NCBI RefSeq assembly: GCF_006345805.1
Contig: NC_043012.1
Location: forward strand, 248,001-312,000
Length of the DNA stretch: 64,000 nt
Origin: Octopus sinensis
Taxonomy: Eukaryota
Reading direction: 5' to 3'
In this document: positions 52,514 through 64,000 of the stretch, piece after piece
Numbering within the stretch: position 1 is the first letter of the stretch
How the letters are laid out: each line of letters starts with the position of its first letter
Made by a program: the position numbers and the translations under genes
The notes under the pieces: model-generated
Databases searched by the model: none
The model's input: only the letters and a program-made list of their open reading frames with translations
What the model was told of the DNA's origin: nothing

Positions 52514-52598
52514 TATTTTATAGAAGAGCTTCTACAGGACTAGCTGTTTCATTCCAATGAAACAGTTCTAGTCCTGTAGAAGCTCCTTCTATAAAATA
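52514..52598. repeat. About 85-bp hairpin (inverted duplication of a PLE-type end)
   Basis: TATTTTATAGAAG-AGCTTCTACAGGACTAG-CTGTTTCATT, loop CC, then its reverse complement with small indels; flanked by (TA)n. Confidence 0.8.
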
Positions 52599-52603
52599 AA
52601 TAT

Positions 52604-52648
<45 letters not shown>

Positions 52649-52795
52649 TATTATATATATATATGTATGATATATATATATAATATAAATGTATGTATGT
52701 ATGTATGTATATATGTATATATATATATGTGTGTGTGTATATATATAAATATATATATATCTACACATTATATATACATATATCTATATATGCAT

Positions 52796-52843
<48 letters not shown>

Positions 52844-52922
52844 GTGTGTGTGTGTGTGCATGCCTACAACGAAAGAAACAAAGAGAGAAACGAGATATCA
52901 TTTTCCAATAGCATTACTCATT

Positions 52923-53022
52923 NNNNNNNNNNNNNNNNNNNNNNNNNNNNNNNNNNNNNNNNNNNNNNNNNNNNNNNNNNNNNNNNNNNNNNNNNNNNNN
53001 NNNNNNNNNNNNNNNNNNNNNN
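52923..53022. other. Assembly gap (100 N)
   Basis: Run of exactly 100 N. Confidence 1.
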
Positions 53023-53506
53023 CCTTTGGATCAGAGCAGACTTGGAGGGCAAAGAAACAGTGTAGACAATAGCAGTGACAAAAATCTAACTCAGTGAAGT
53101 TACCCCTATCTGTCGAACACCTAGCTAGAAATAGCAGTCATATCTCCCTTAAATACTTCTGTCCGTCTTAATGTTAACGCACACTTCAGTGTAGAGATAG
53201 GGGAAGGTGAGGAAGCCATGACTGGAACGCCTTCGCATATAAAACTGCTCAGTCAGGATTCACCAACAGTGAAAAAACAACGACAGTATACACGAACAGT
53301 TAAAATCGATATACTCTCTGAACTTGATGACCGATTTCCCAACGTATTGATTTCAAATATGTGTGGGACGTGGATGCATGGAATGTGATGTGTTTGCAAA
53401 GAAAGGTTTGGCAGTGACTTCGAAGTTTCAGCACGCAGTTATGACAGCTGGTAAAGCAGAAACTTGAAAGTCACTCAACCCTTGCGTTGTAAAAAAATAT
53501 ATATAC

Positions 53507-53740
53507 TTTTCTGAAAGGTACTGAACAACTCTCAGCTTAATATCAAAATGTTTGTTTGGTTGGTTGGTTGTGCGTCCATACACACACACATACATACATG
53601 ATATTTAAATTGTGTTGCGAAGAGTTAAGGAGGACCCGCATTCTGTACAAGAAGTGCCTCTACGGGAAAGATTAAGTTTTTTCTGAAAGGCACTGAACAA
53701 CTCTCAGCTTAATATCAAAATGTTTGTTTGTTTGTGCGTC

Positions 53741-53776
<36 letters not shown>

Positions 53777-53797
53777 CACACACACACACACACACAG

Positions 53798-53879
<82 letters not shown>

Positions 53880-53968
53880 GCACGCACATGATATTTAAAT
53901 TGTGTTGCGAAGAGTTAAGGACGACCCGCATTCTGTACAAGAAGTGCCTCTACGGGAAAGATTAAGTT
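53507..53968 (+). repeat. Tandem duplication (172-bp and 290-bp copies) differing by a (CA)n expansion
   Basis: Copy 1 at 53507-53678, copy 2 at 53679-53968; unique flanks are near-identical. Confidence 0.9.
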
Positions 53969-54488
53969 CAGCAAATATCTCTATTTCTCTAGACACTATA
54001 TAACAGATGATATATTTTACATTTATGTATCATATCCAGAGCTGACGAAATTTCTGTGTATTTGTCGAACATTTATGTAGACAACGTCCCCCCTCCCCTG
54101 GTAAAATAAAAGGGTGGGAGGAGGAAAAACCCACACAAAACCGACTTGCTAGAATTCTCAAATTTCTAAAAAAATTTAAAAAAAAGTATATTGTGTTTAA
54201 GTAATTAATCCAGTTTCATTTGTCTTAGTAATCACAGGCTCCTTCATTGGCTCAAAACTATTTACATTACACATACGTGGTATCACCGAATAGCTACAAA
54301 ATTTTGAAGCTTTGCTGGTTTTATGTCAATGAATGAATTACATCATGTAACGGTGATTACCTTGATTTAATAATCTTAGTAGTCATTTATTTATTTATGT
54401 AAAATGTGTGTTGATTGCTTTTCTGTTTGGTGTTGTCCTTTCCTGATCAGAGACCTTTCTGGCCGTAACAAAGCCTTTTTCTTCCGTA

Positions 54489-54894
54489 TACTCTTTTACT
54501 TGTTTCAGTCATTTGACTGCGGCCATGCTGGAGCACCGCCTTTAATCGAGCAACTCGACCCCGGGACTTATTGTTTTTGTAAGCCCAGTACTTATTCTAT
54601 CGGTCTCTTTTGCCGAACCGCTAAGTGACGGGGACGTAAACACACCAGCATCGGTTGTCAAGCAATGCTAGGGGGACAAACACAGACACACAAGCACACA
54701 CACACGCATATATATATATATGCATATATACGACGGGCTTCTTTCAGTTTCCGTCTACCAAATCCACTCACAAGGCTTTGGTCGGCCCGAGGCTATAGTA
54801 GAAGACACTTGCCCAAGGTGCCACGCAGTGGCACTGAACCCGGAACCATGTGGTTAGTAAACAAGCTACTTACCACACATCCACTCCTGCGCCT
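54489..54894 (-). mobile_element. Family A SINE, full length
   Basis: Complete head, internal microsatellite and tail. Confidence 0.9.
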
Positions 54895-55439
54895 ATATTG
54901 AAATATTTTTAACAAGCTAGGTAAATAAAAAGAAACTGATCAATTGTCAGACAGAAAGAAACTTTTAGGTACACCACTGTACATACACACAAGTGTGTGG
55001 CGTATGGATTTACATTTAATGTGTGCACGTTTATTTAAGTTTATTTTAAAGGATATTAAAAATACGGCGATGTTTCGCATACTTATATAACTCAACACTA
55101 AGAATTTATTATACAACTAGCTGACTAGGAAATGAAGTTTAGCTTGACGGACTATTCAATAATAGAGGGAAACAGATAGATAGGAATATAGCTTGATAAA
55201 TAGATAGGGGTGGGGCTTGGTGGCGGAGTTTCTGATATGTTCCACACCGCATGTGAAAGGAAAAGGTTGATTTGTTTCTTAAAGTATTCTTGATAAAGAA
55301 AATTAGGATTTCGAAAAATCATTTTTTTTTCCTGTTTACATTTTGCCTCCAACTTCCGTATCCTGATCTTATCCATAACGTGGTTGTTAGTGTATTTGTT
55401 GTTGTGAGCAGGGTGCCATAGAACCATTACAAGTCATAG

Positions 55440-55690
55440 AACCATTACAAGTCCCGGGTTAAAGAAATATGGTGGAGCCCAGTATACATAGAGGAGCATT
55501 GAGTTCCTCCTACTCTAGATCAGAGTGGACACCGAGAAACCTATCCAAACCCTGCTCCAATGTGGATAGCCAAGCCATGTTCTTCTTAAAGACGTAGATA
55601 TATGACAGTATCATCACGTGGCACAAAATACGCTGGGGATAGAGAGCAGTTGCCACTGAGATGACATTGCATTTATTAAAGACGAGAGTA
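55440..55690 (+). mobile_element. Possible RTE LINE 3' remnant
   Basis: EWTPRNLSKP resembles the RTE C-terminal EW.PR..KR..GRP motif; heavily degraded. Confidence 0.3.
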
Positions 55691-55766
55691 TAATTTTATG
55701 TTTAAAATATGTTTAAAAAGAGCCCTGGGGCAGTGACATGATGATATATCTGGATCACTGAATCTG

Positions 55767-55992
55767 TTTCTTTATTACCCACAAGGGGCTAAACATAAAG
55801 GGGAGAAACAAGGACAGACAAACGGAGTAAGTCGATTACATCGACCCCAGTGCGTAACTGGTACTTAATTTTTCGACCCCCGAAAGGATGAAAGGCAAAG
55901 TCGACCTCGGTGGAATTTGAACTCAAAACGTAACGGCAGACGAAATACGGCTACGCTTTTCGCCCGGCGTGCTAACGTTTCTGCCAGCTCGA
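55767..55992 (-). mobile_element. Family B SINE, full length
   Basis: Matches 1033-1263. Confidence 0.9.
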
Positions 55993-56477
55993 TCACTGAA
56001 TCAATGCATGTATGCAGATATACAGATGAGTGAATTGGGTGTGTGCACGCGTATATGGGCGTGAATGTGCATTTGTGTCGCGAGTGCGCGTGCGCACAAA
56101 TGTGGAACTGATTAGAAATATTGGTATTTCATTAAATTCCTGTCTGACAAGCAGACGAGGTGTTTGCTAGTTCATAGTCTGTCGTCGTCTGCATTAGGTC
56201 CGTCCCTTCGAGGAGCCTATAGTGAACTTGTTACTTAGATCTGAAATCATTTAGTCTACCAACCTACGAGCAGAAACTAAAGAGGAGAATATGTTTTTTT
56301 CGGTCCTTTACACTTTTAACCATGTTTTTTTTTTTTAATGTGTGTTTGTGTGTGTCTGTGGTGCGAAGAAACACTTCTTTCACATTTCCGCATTAGTCGA
56401 TTGCGCTTTATTTGCAACAATGCAATTTCTGGATCCCGCGAGATTTCGGGATCTTTCCCGATTTTATTTTGCAGATG

Positions 56478-56612
56478 AAATTTCATCATGAATATAAATA
56501 TGCCGTAATTACTTGTGATAGATCAAATTTCATCATGAATATAATTATGCCGTAATTACTTGTGATAGATCAAATTTCATCATGAATATAATTATGCCGT
56601 AATTACTTGTGA
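56478..56612 (+). repeat. 47-bp tandem repeat, about 2.9 copies
   Basis: AAATTTCATCATGAATATAATTATGCCGTAATTACTTGTGATAGATC starts at 56478, 56525 and 56572. Confidence 0.95.
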
Positions 56613-59392
56613 ATTAGCAGAGAAAGTAATTTTGCTCATCGGGAGACAGATCAATGGAAAAACTAATCGATAAGGAATATATAAATGTACGCAACATCAT
56701 GAAGTATACGGAACAAAGGGAATGCATTAACTGCCACCACTACCGAAAAAAATCAGTAGTGTCTCAGAAAAAGACAAGCCCCTTAAAGAATTTAAGTATT
56801 CTTGTATTTCATACCTTGAAAACATGAAAATTACGATTACGGGGAAAAAAGAAAAAAAAAAAAAAATCAAAACTTGAAAAGACTTAGTTTTTTTTTTTTT
56901 GTCTCCGCTTCGCTCCTGTACCATTTTCCTTACACATGAACCCCCCCCCAACCCCCCCTACTTAATGTATTACACAAAACAACTTGTGTGTTGAAGGTAA
57001 ATGAACAGTTTGTCAAAGAAAAAAAAAAAAGGATCGAATTTCGTTCAGTATGTCAACAATGCTTGTATGTGAACCAACAAGGGACGCTGTATATGATAAC
57101 TCGTACTGCTAAAATAAAATTACCCCCCATCAGATCTTTCCCTAATGTCATCAAAACTGAAAACTTCATGAGACAATGAAGTCCCCGATTCACGATATGA
57201 TAGTCACAGTTGGAATAACTGAACAAGTCTGCTCTCTCTGCACTTACCTAGGGTTAAACAACAAAAAAACAGCAAGCCATGAAGCAGCTGTAACAATATA
57301 TATGACGGAAACACTAATATGAAGCTACCGATTAAACTTCTGATCATTTTTTATTATGATAAAACACATAGAAATCAAATCCTTGACGAGTTAACCATGT
57401 TAACCATAAAATGTGCCACACTTTCGTCAACTGGACATGAACTTACAATAACTATAGCAACATATCTCACACACACAAAGAATAAAAAAAAATATGTAGA
57501 CGATATCGGAAAACAATTTGATGAGTTCAACACAAATAGAAATCTTGACATAAATAAATGGTAATTGGAAGCTACATGAATAACAAAATCTATACCGAAA
57601 AATCAACACCCAAATATCAAACATCCTCATAAGAAACTAATAAAAGCGTAAAATTAATCTTGAAGGATGAGAGTTCATTTTGTGTTTTTGTATCTTTTAG
57701 TCGGAGAGAAGTAGTGCCCATGACATTTACAGGGCCTCCGAGACTAGCGAAAGGGAGTGCGTGAGTGAGGGAAGAATCCTCAATCTTGAAGCCTAGCATG
57801 GACGTTTGCAACAGAGTGGGTTCCGCTGAAGGAACCCAGTGTGTGCCAAGTGGAGGTGGTAAAACTGGGCGACTTTAGTTAATAGCGACGAGTTTCGTTG
57901 TACGGCAACAATTGGTCCCCACTATTCTTCACAAACTGGCGGCGATGATAGTAGCGAGAAGCTAGTTATTAAAATGTAAACAAAACTTGTGACTGACACA
58001 GTTAATTTACATAATGGTACAAGGTTGACAGCCAGACACAGACAAGCACTATCTACTGGCTGATTAAGAAGAAGAAAAAAACATGCGAGAAGATTTCAAG
58101 TTCAGCGATAACCAATAACACACACAAGCAGCAGTCAGAATAACGAGGGAGTCTCCAGGTGGTTGTCCAACCTGCTGGAAATAGCAACCAAATCTCACTC
58201 AAACTACACCTTATCTTACAAATACGATAAGGACTGTAATCCCCGATTCACCAAAGTGATGAGATCGCTTCAGTTGGAACCCCTTTAAATACGAAAGGTC
58301 TGTTCGTCATAGATGTAATGTAGATCCATCCATCTATATATCTTAGTACTAATCGCCAAATCTCAAACTCTCGCGAAATCAAACTAGCGCGGTTTTTTTT
58401 TTCTTTTTCTTTTAAGTGAGGAAATAAGTCCCTTGTAACAGAGCATGGCAATTTGGTGGAATGTGGAAACTCAGAATGGAGCGAATAAATCTTGTAATAA
58501 TTAAAAATTCTTTCGCGCTCTATGGAAGCAATGGGTGGCAAATACGGTGTGAAACCCATCGAAGAGGGATGCAGAAGCGGGGTTGCAGGCCAGTCCTTCT
58601 TCTGAATATGAGGAGGGTTTAGTAGGCGGAAGACCATCCAGTTGGCTGCGGAGGCAGCAACGATTGCCTCAAGGTGGTTGTGGAGCTGGACGTTCGAGCC
58701 TAAGAAGGGATAGTGCTACCAAGGGTAATTCTAACTGGATACAACCTGGAATTTGGTCAGCTCTTGTTGGGTCGACTGCGTGAGGGTGTCATTGTTGAAA
58801 AATCCGGAACACCTAATCCCACCAGGAAACATGTCTAATGATTCTCCGGGTGCATAAAATGATGTATGAATATATATATATATATATATATAAGTAGGAC
58901 TTAGGACAGAACGGTTGAGAAAAGCCGATCTAGCGTATTAAATGAAGGGAACATTAAAGGATGTATTTCGTAGTTCACTATGCTGAGGAAAAGGGATCGA
59001 TTTTAAAGTAACGGTATGCCATCGGTTTATCGATTCAATCAAGGCCCACTTGAAGCTAAATAAAAGCAAAAACTTGTGGCTACTGCCACACGTAAAAAAC
59101 GAAAATCAGAAAACAACCCTCCTCGCCCAATAGCAAACCCCGCCACAAAAAAAAAAGACAAGTAAAAAAAAACGAAAAAAAAAAAATCGTTAATTAAAGG
59201 ATTCATTAATTAAGAGTATAATACTGAAAGGTAATTGTGTTTTGAATTAATGCATGTTTGACAATTATATTTAAAACTAAGACATGCCACCGAATACACG
59301 CTTACATATGGCCCACACACCACACACACACATATATATATATACACACACACACACACACTTATACACATATGCGCGCGCGTGTTATGAAG

Positions 59393-59428
<36 letters not shown>

Positions 59429-60179
59429 TGTGTGCATACACGCAAACATTGTGTAATAAGTGCGCGTGTGCGCACACTCGCAAATACACACACAAAAACA
59501 CAAGTGGTTTAGCTGTCAATAAAAGTGGTTTCATTAAAAGTGGACTGTTTACATTGGTGATGTATATTGTTACGAGAGAGAGAGAGAGAGAGAGAGAGAG
59601 GAAGAAGGAAGGAAGAGAAAGAGAGAGAGAGAAATATATACTATATAAATATATAGGACGAAATGCACATGTGATACAGAAGACGTAACTAATCGAAAAC
59701 TTTCGTTGTTAACGAATCAAAATATTGCACGAATGTACACATATGTACACGTGTTTTGTGTCATTATTATTTGGCTGTTCGTCGAAATCTATTGATTACG
59801 GATCTATCAGTGTTCAATAGTTCGACCAAGAGTACTTTCGCATTGGATATTCCACGGACACGGGAACGTACCCTACACCAGCAGTAAGAATCATCGTGAC
59901 CACGGTGGGTGGCAAGGGTGTATTTTAATTATTATTATTATTTTTTTTTCAGTTAGAGGTACAATCCATTGTACAGGCTTCAATAAGTTTCCCGGAACAT
60001 TTAAATTTACAAGTTTTTTGGATCAGCTCGAAGCTATGGAAAAAAAGATATTTGCCCAAGGTTGCCATATAGTAGGTTCGATCCTTTGCTCGAGATTGTG
60101 AACCTAATGTGTAAGCCGATTCGGTTCCGTCCATCATGGTGTATAGTGTATTATAATATATATATATATTATATATATA

Positions 60180-60222
<43 letters not shown>

Positions 60223-60408
60223 TGTGGGTGTTACACCCGTATGTCGGGAAAAAAGAATGCTCAATACCAAAGTAGGGATTAATAGAATATCCTGGGCCAG
60301 TCTCTATGTATTGTCTGTGAGTGCACAGTGTAGCTAGAGAGACTCGACCAAAATTTCGTATGTATGTATGTATGTATGTATATATATGCGCGAAGGTGTG
60401 TTTCAAAG

Positions 60409-60433
60409 ACTCACCTGTTAAAAGAGAAGCAGG
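60409..60433 (-). promoter_or_regulatory. Splice-site motif: polypyrimidine tract, CAG|GTGAGT
   Basis: Minus strand CCTGCTTCTCTTTTAACAG|GTGAGT, junction 60415/60414. Confidence 0.4.
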
Positions 60434-60791
60434 TTATAATTTCATATAATTAAGATGACGATAACAAGAGTTATAAGAATATTGATGGTAATGATCACAG
60501 GCAAGGAAATTTGTTTTGTTTTTGTTTTTGTTTTGTTTTATAAAAAGAAAAAAAAAGCAGCTTGAAAGAGGTTCGTTTAGTAAGATCGATGAAGGAAGGA
60601 CATTGATGATGGTAGTCAGAAAGATACAGAAGGTACAATGGTAATGCAGATTGAAAAAAAAAAAAAAAAAAAAAAAAAGAAAAGGGTGGTTGAATCGGAG
60701 CGCAGGAGGAGTCGAGGTAAAAAAAAAAAAAAGCAAACAACAAAAAATACAAATTTGAGAGAAAGCAAAAAAAACATCACACACAATATAC

Positions 60792-60840
<49 letters not shown>

Positions 60841-61339
60841 TACACACATATCAGTACATATATATATATATATATATATATATGATCAAGAGCATATGCA
60901 ATAAATTAAATTAGATTAATTGATCTATTTACCCGCAGTTGTTGGTTTAATTGGTGGTCGATATTTTATTGAACTTTGTTTAGATTTTTTTTTTTATGTA
61001 GAAGTAAGTTCCGTGACATCCAGGTTCGATTTCGGCAAGTTTCTTTTAAAACTTCTTGTCATACAAATAAATAAATAAATATAGTCACACACAAACCCTA
61101 TAGAATTTATATATAATGTGTATATTTATATTATATATATATATATATATTTATATACTACATGCGTGGCTAACGTAAGCAGTGGTTAACTCACACAAAT
61201 AGTCATACACTTGTTTTATAACTTTTTATGTATATGTTTCTATTAGCTATTTTTCGCTTTTTTTTTTTCTTTTTCTGAAGTGTTCAGAACTTAATATGCA
61301 AGTTTTTGTATGAGGATATATATCAAATACTTATAAATG

Positions 61340-61374
<35 letters not shown>

Positions 61375-61592
61375 CAAAATATATTGACTATGAGAGAGCG
61401 TCAATTTTCAGATTTGTAAGAAAGTTAAATTAGTCCGTATGTAGATATGTATAATATATATATATGTGTAAAAACTTTTTCTATATTTAAAAACATACAA
61501 AATTGTATGTGAAATATATATATATTTATATATAAACGTATATATATATATATATATGCGAGTATGTAAACTTGTAGCTGTTTAAGTGCTGC

Positions 61593-61624
<32 letters not shown>

Positions 61625-61774
61625 TGTCTTTCACACACTCTCCCTCTCTCCCTCACTCTCGCTCTCCCTGCTCTAAGCCAAGTCCGGCGAAGTCCGTCTG
61701 ATCGACTCGAATGTGTTGTAGTGCCTTGAGTATCGTGCGGCTCAGAGCGTCGGGGAAGGCAGCATTTGGTCCAC

Positions 61775-61850
61775 TCTTTCAGCTGACTACAAATCGCACA
61801 ATTTTATAAGATTCATTCAAAAGGTAACACACAAACCGACCAATCAGAAG
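61775..61850 (-). promoter_or_regulatory. Candidate Pol II core promoter (CCAAT box, TATA box, Inr-like)
   Basis: GACCAATCAG at 61838-61847 (NF-Y consensus), minus-strand TATAAAA at 61808-61802, TCAGCT at 61786-61781; GA-rich leader downstream. Confidence 0.4.
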
Positions 61851-62004
61851 CCTCTTTCAAGTGTACTCAAGCAGAATATATACTCACACACATACACACT
61901 ATGAGAGGAAGAGGGGGGAGCGATATCTATATCTATGTGTGTTGTGTGTGTGTATACATTATATATATATATACATACACACACATACATATATATATAC
62001 ACAT

Positions 62005-62037
<33 letters not shown>

Positions 62038-62149
62038 TACACATATACATACATACATACATACATACACACACGTGTATTTGTATACAGTCGCATACAG
62101 ATAAATAAACAAAGGTGTTAAACTAGCACGTAAAACACGTGTGTTTATG

Positions 62150-62191
<42 letters not shown>

Positions 62192-63080
62192 ACATATCTA
62201 TATACACACACACACAGATATATACATATCTATATATACACACATACACACACAGGTATATATATATACATATCTATACACACACACACACACGATATAT
62301 ATATATACATATCTATACACACGCTATATATAAAATATACATGCATGTACACGATCAAATCCGTACACACAGACACACACACACACGCACGCACATACGT
62401 GTACATACATACGCATATACTTACTCATACCTACACACACACACACACACTCACGCGGCCGGCTAGACACGCTTACACGCGCGCGCTTGCGCGACGGTAG
62501 AAACGGGACAAACAAACAAACAAACAAATAAATAAGTAGTAGTAGTAGTAGTGTGAAGGAAAGGAAAGAAATCTATCGGTCACCCCCCCCACTTCCGTCC
62601 ACTGTGTGAATGTCTCATGTCTACGCACACACACACACACACACGCGTGTGTGTGTATACCATTTGTTTATATGTATATATAAATCTACACATGTATGTA
62701 AAAGTAAAAAAACGTATATATATATGTATATGTCACTTATGTATTTCACGCAGAAATACGGATATAATGTTACGTGTGTGAGTGCGTGCGTGCGTGCGTG
62801 CGTGTGTGCGCATGTAAACACACACACACACACGCACACACAAATCTATGAGAGCGAGCGTGTGTACATGTAAACACGTACATACGCACACAAGTCTGAG
62901 TGTGTGCGTGTAAACACACACACACAAGTCTACGAGCATATGTGTGAGTGTGTGTGCATCTAATCACACACACACAAACGCACACACACAAACACAAACG
63001 CACACACACAAACAAACGCACACACACAAATACAAACGCACACACACAAATACAAACGCACACACAAACACAAACACCCA

Positions 63081-63115
<35 letters not shown>

Positions 63116-63578
63116 TTAGTTTTTTTTTTAGAATATGTGCGTGTATACGCGTGCTCGCGCGATTTTGTGTTGACTTTATTTAACCCTAGGTTGTCCCTGA
63201 CAGTCAAGTCAAGTCATGATCGAAGGGGTTCCAATCAGGACCACACAGTTTTATACCGTAATACAAGATAAGAAAAAAAACAAAAACAAACTACACTAGA
63301 CTGTGTCCTTCCTTTTTCAAGACGTTTTGGAGGTGATGTAAGAACAGCTCGGTTATTTCTAGCACGTTGCCCTTTGATTTTGCGTGATTGCATATAATTT
63401 ATACACCCTCGCATAAATATATATAGCGTTGTTATTTGTGTAGAAGGATCTATACGTCAGCGCTCGGGAAATCTGCATGTTTAGGGATCTTTATCTTGGG
63501 TATAATTGGGGGGGGGGGTGATGTCTTCCTGCATCACTTTGCTCGGGCCCTTATATATATATACAAATATATATACAT

Positions 63579-63611
<33 letters not shown>

Positions 63612-63710
63612 CGCACCTGCGCGCGAATACACACACACACGTATATTATATATATATACATACATACACACATACATACGCACGCGCGATCCGACACACT
63701 AACAAACTCA

Positions 63711-63960
63711 CGCGCACACACGCACGCAGACGCGCACACACGCACGCAGACGCGCACACACGCACGCAGACGCGCACACACGCACGCAGACGCGCACACA
63801 CGCACGCAGACGCGCACACACGCACGCAGACGCGCACACACGCACGCAGACGCGCACACACGCACGCAGACGCGCACACACACACGCACACAAACGCACA
63901 CACGCACGCAAACGCACACACGCACGCAAACGCACACACGCACGCAAACGCACACACGCA
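63711..63960 (+). repeat. 20-bp minisatellite (CGCGCACACACGCACGCAGA)n grading into an 18-bp variant
   Basis: About 8 exact 20-bp units, then CGCACACACGCACGCAAA units. Confidence 0.9.
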
Positions 63961-64000
63961 CGTAGACGTATGTGTGTGTGTGTGTGTGTTGAATGTATCA

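Noticed and set aside
56478-56612. CRISPR-like array
   Set aside because: Units are contiguous with no unique spacers, no cas genes, and the context is eukaryotic.
57319-57564. 81-aa ORF
   Set aside because: AT-rich and unrecognised; length expected by chance.
57879-57961. Possible minus-strand terminal exon (SRYYHRRQFVKNSGDQLLPYNETRRY*)
   Set aside because: Weak acceptor, no recognisable homology, and other frames are equally plausible; needs RNA-seq.
58480-58830. GC-richer segment resembling a retrotransposon UTR
   Set aside because: No diagnostic motif or second copy in the window; cannot be classified.
61620-61635. TGAAAGACA miR-71 seed-like match
   Set aside because: The rest of the mature sequence and the hairpin are absent.

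Overview
AT-rich, microsatellite-dense eukaryotic DNA whose tRNA-derived SINEs and repeat content point to a coleoid cephalopod, most likely Octopus (inference). I found no recognisable intact host protein-coding gene; most ORFs in the supplied track are translated microsatellites. The window is a mosaic of transposon relics. These are three abundant tRNA-derived SINE families, a full-length but degenerate Tc1-like element reconstructed as DD36E, DD37D (maT) and mariner remnants, a MITE, and Helitron pieces. There are also LINE fragments (RTE, CR1/L2, Tx1, R4/Dong, R2-like) and two Penelope-like (PLE) GIY-YIG fragments. The strongest unexpected signal is a set of more than ten short PLE-type terminal fragments carrying minimal type I hammerhead ribozyme (HHR) motifs. 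Most sit in (TA)n tracts and several are long inverted duplications. One 133-bp palindrome (40284-40558) carries a hammerhead whose conserved C3-G8 core pair is swapped to G3-C8. Other candidates are a dense NF-kB/CRE-like motif cluster (50.5-50.8 kb), a minus-strand CCAAT/TATA/Inr promoter (about 61.8 kb) and an AG|GTGAGT splice motif at 60.4 kb. There is one 100-N assembly gap. All alignments and folds were done by eye; boundaries without a stated TSD or TIR are approximate.
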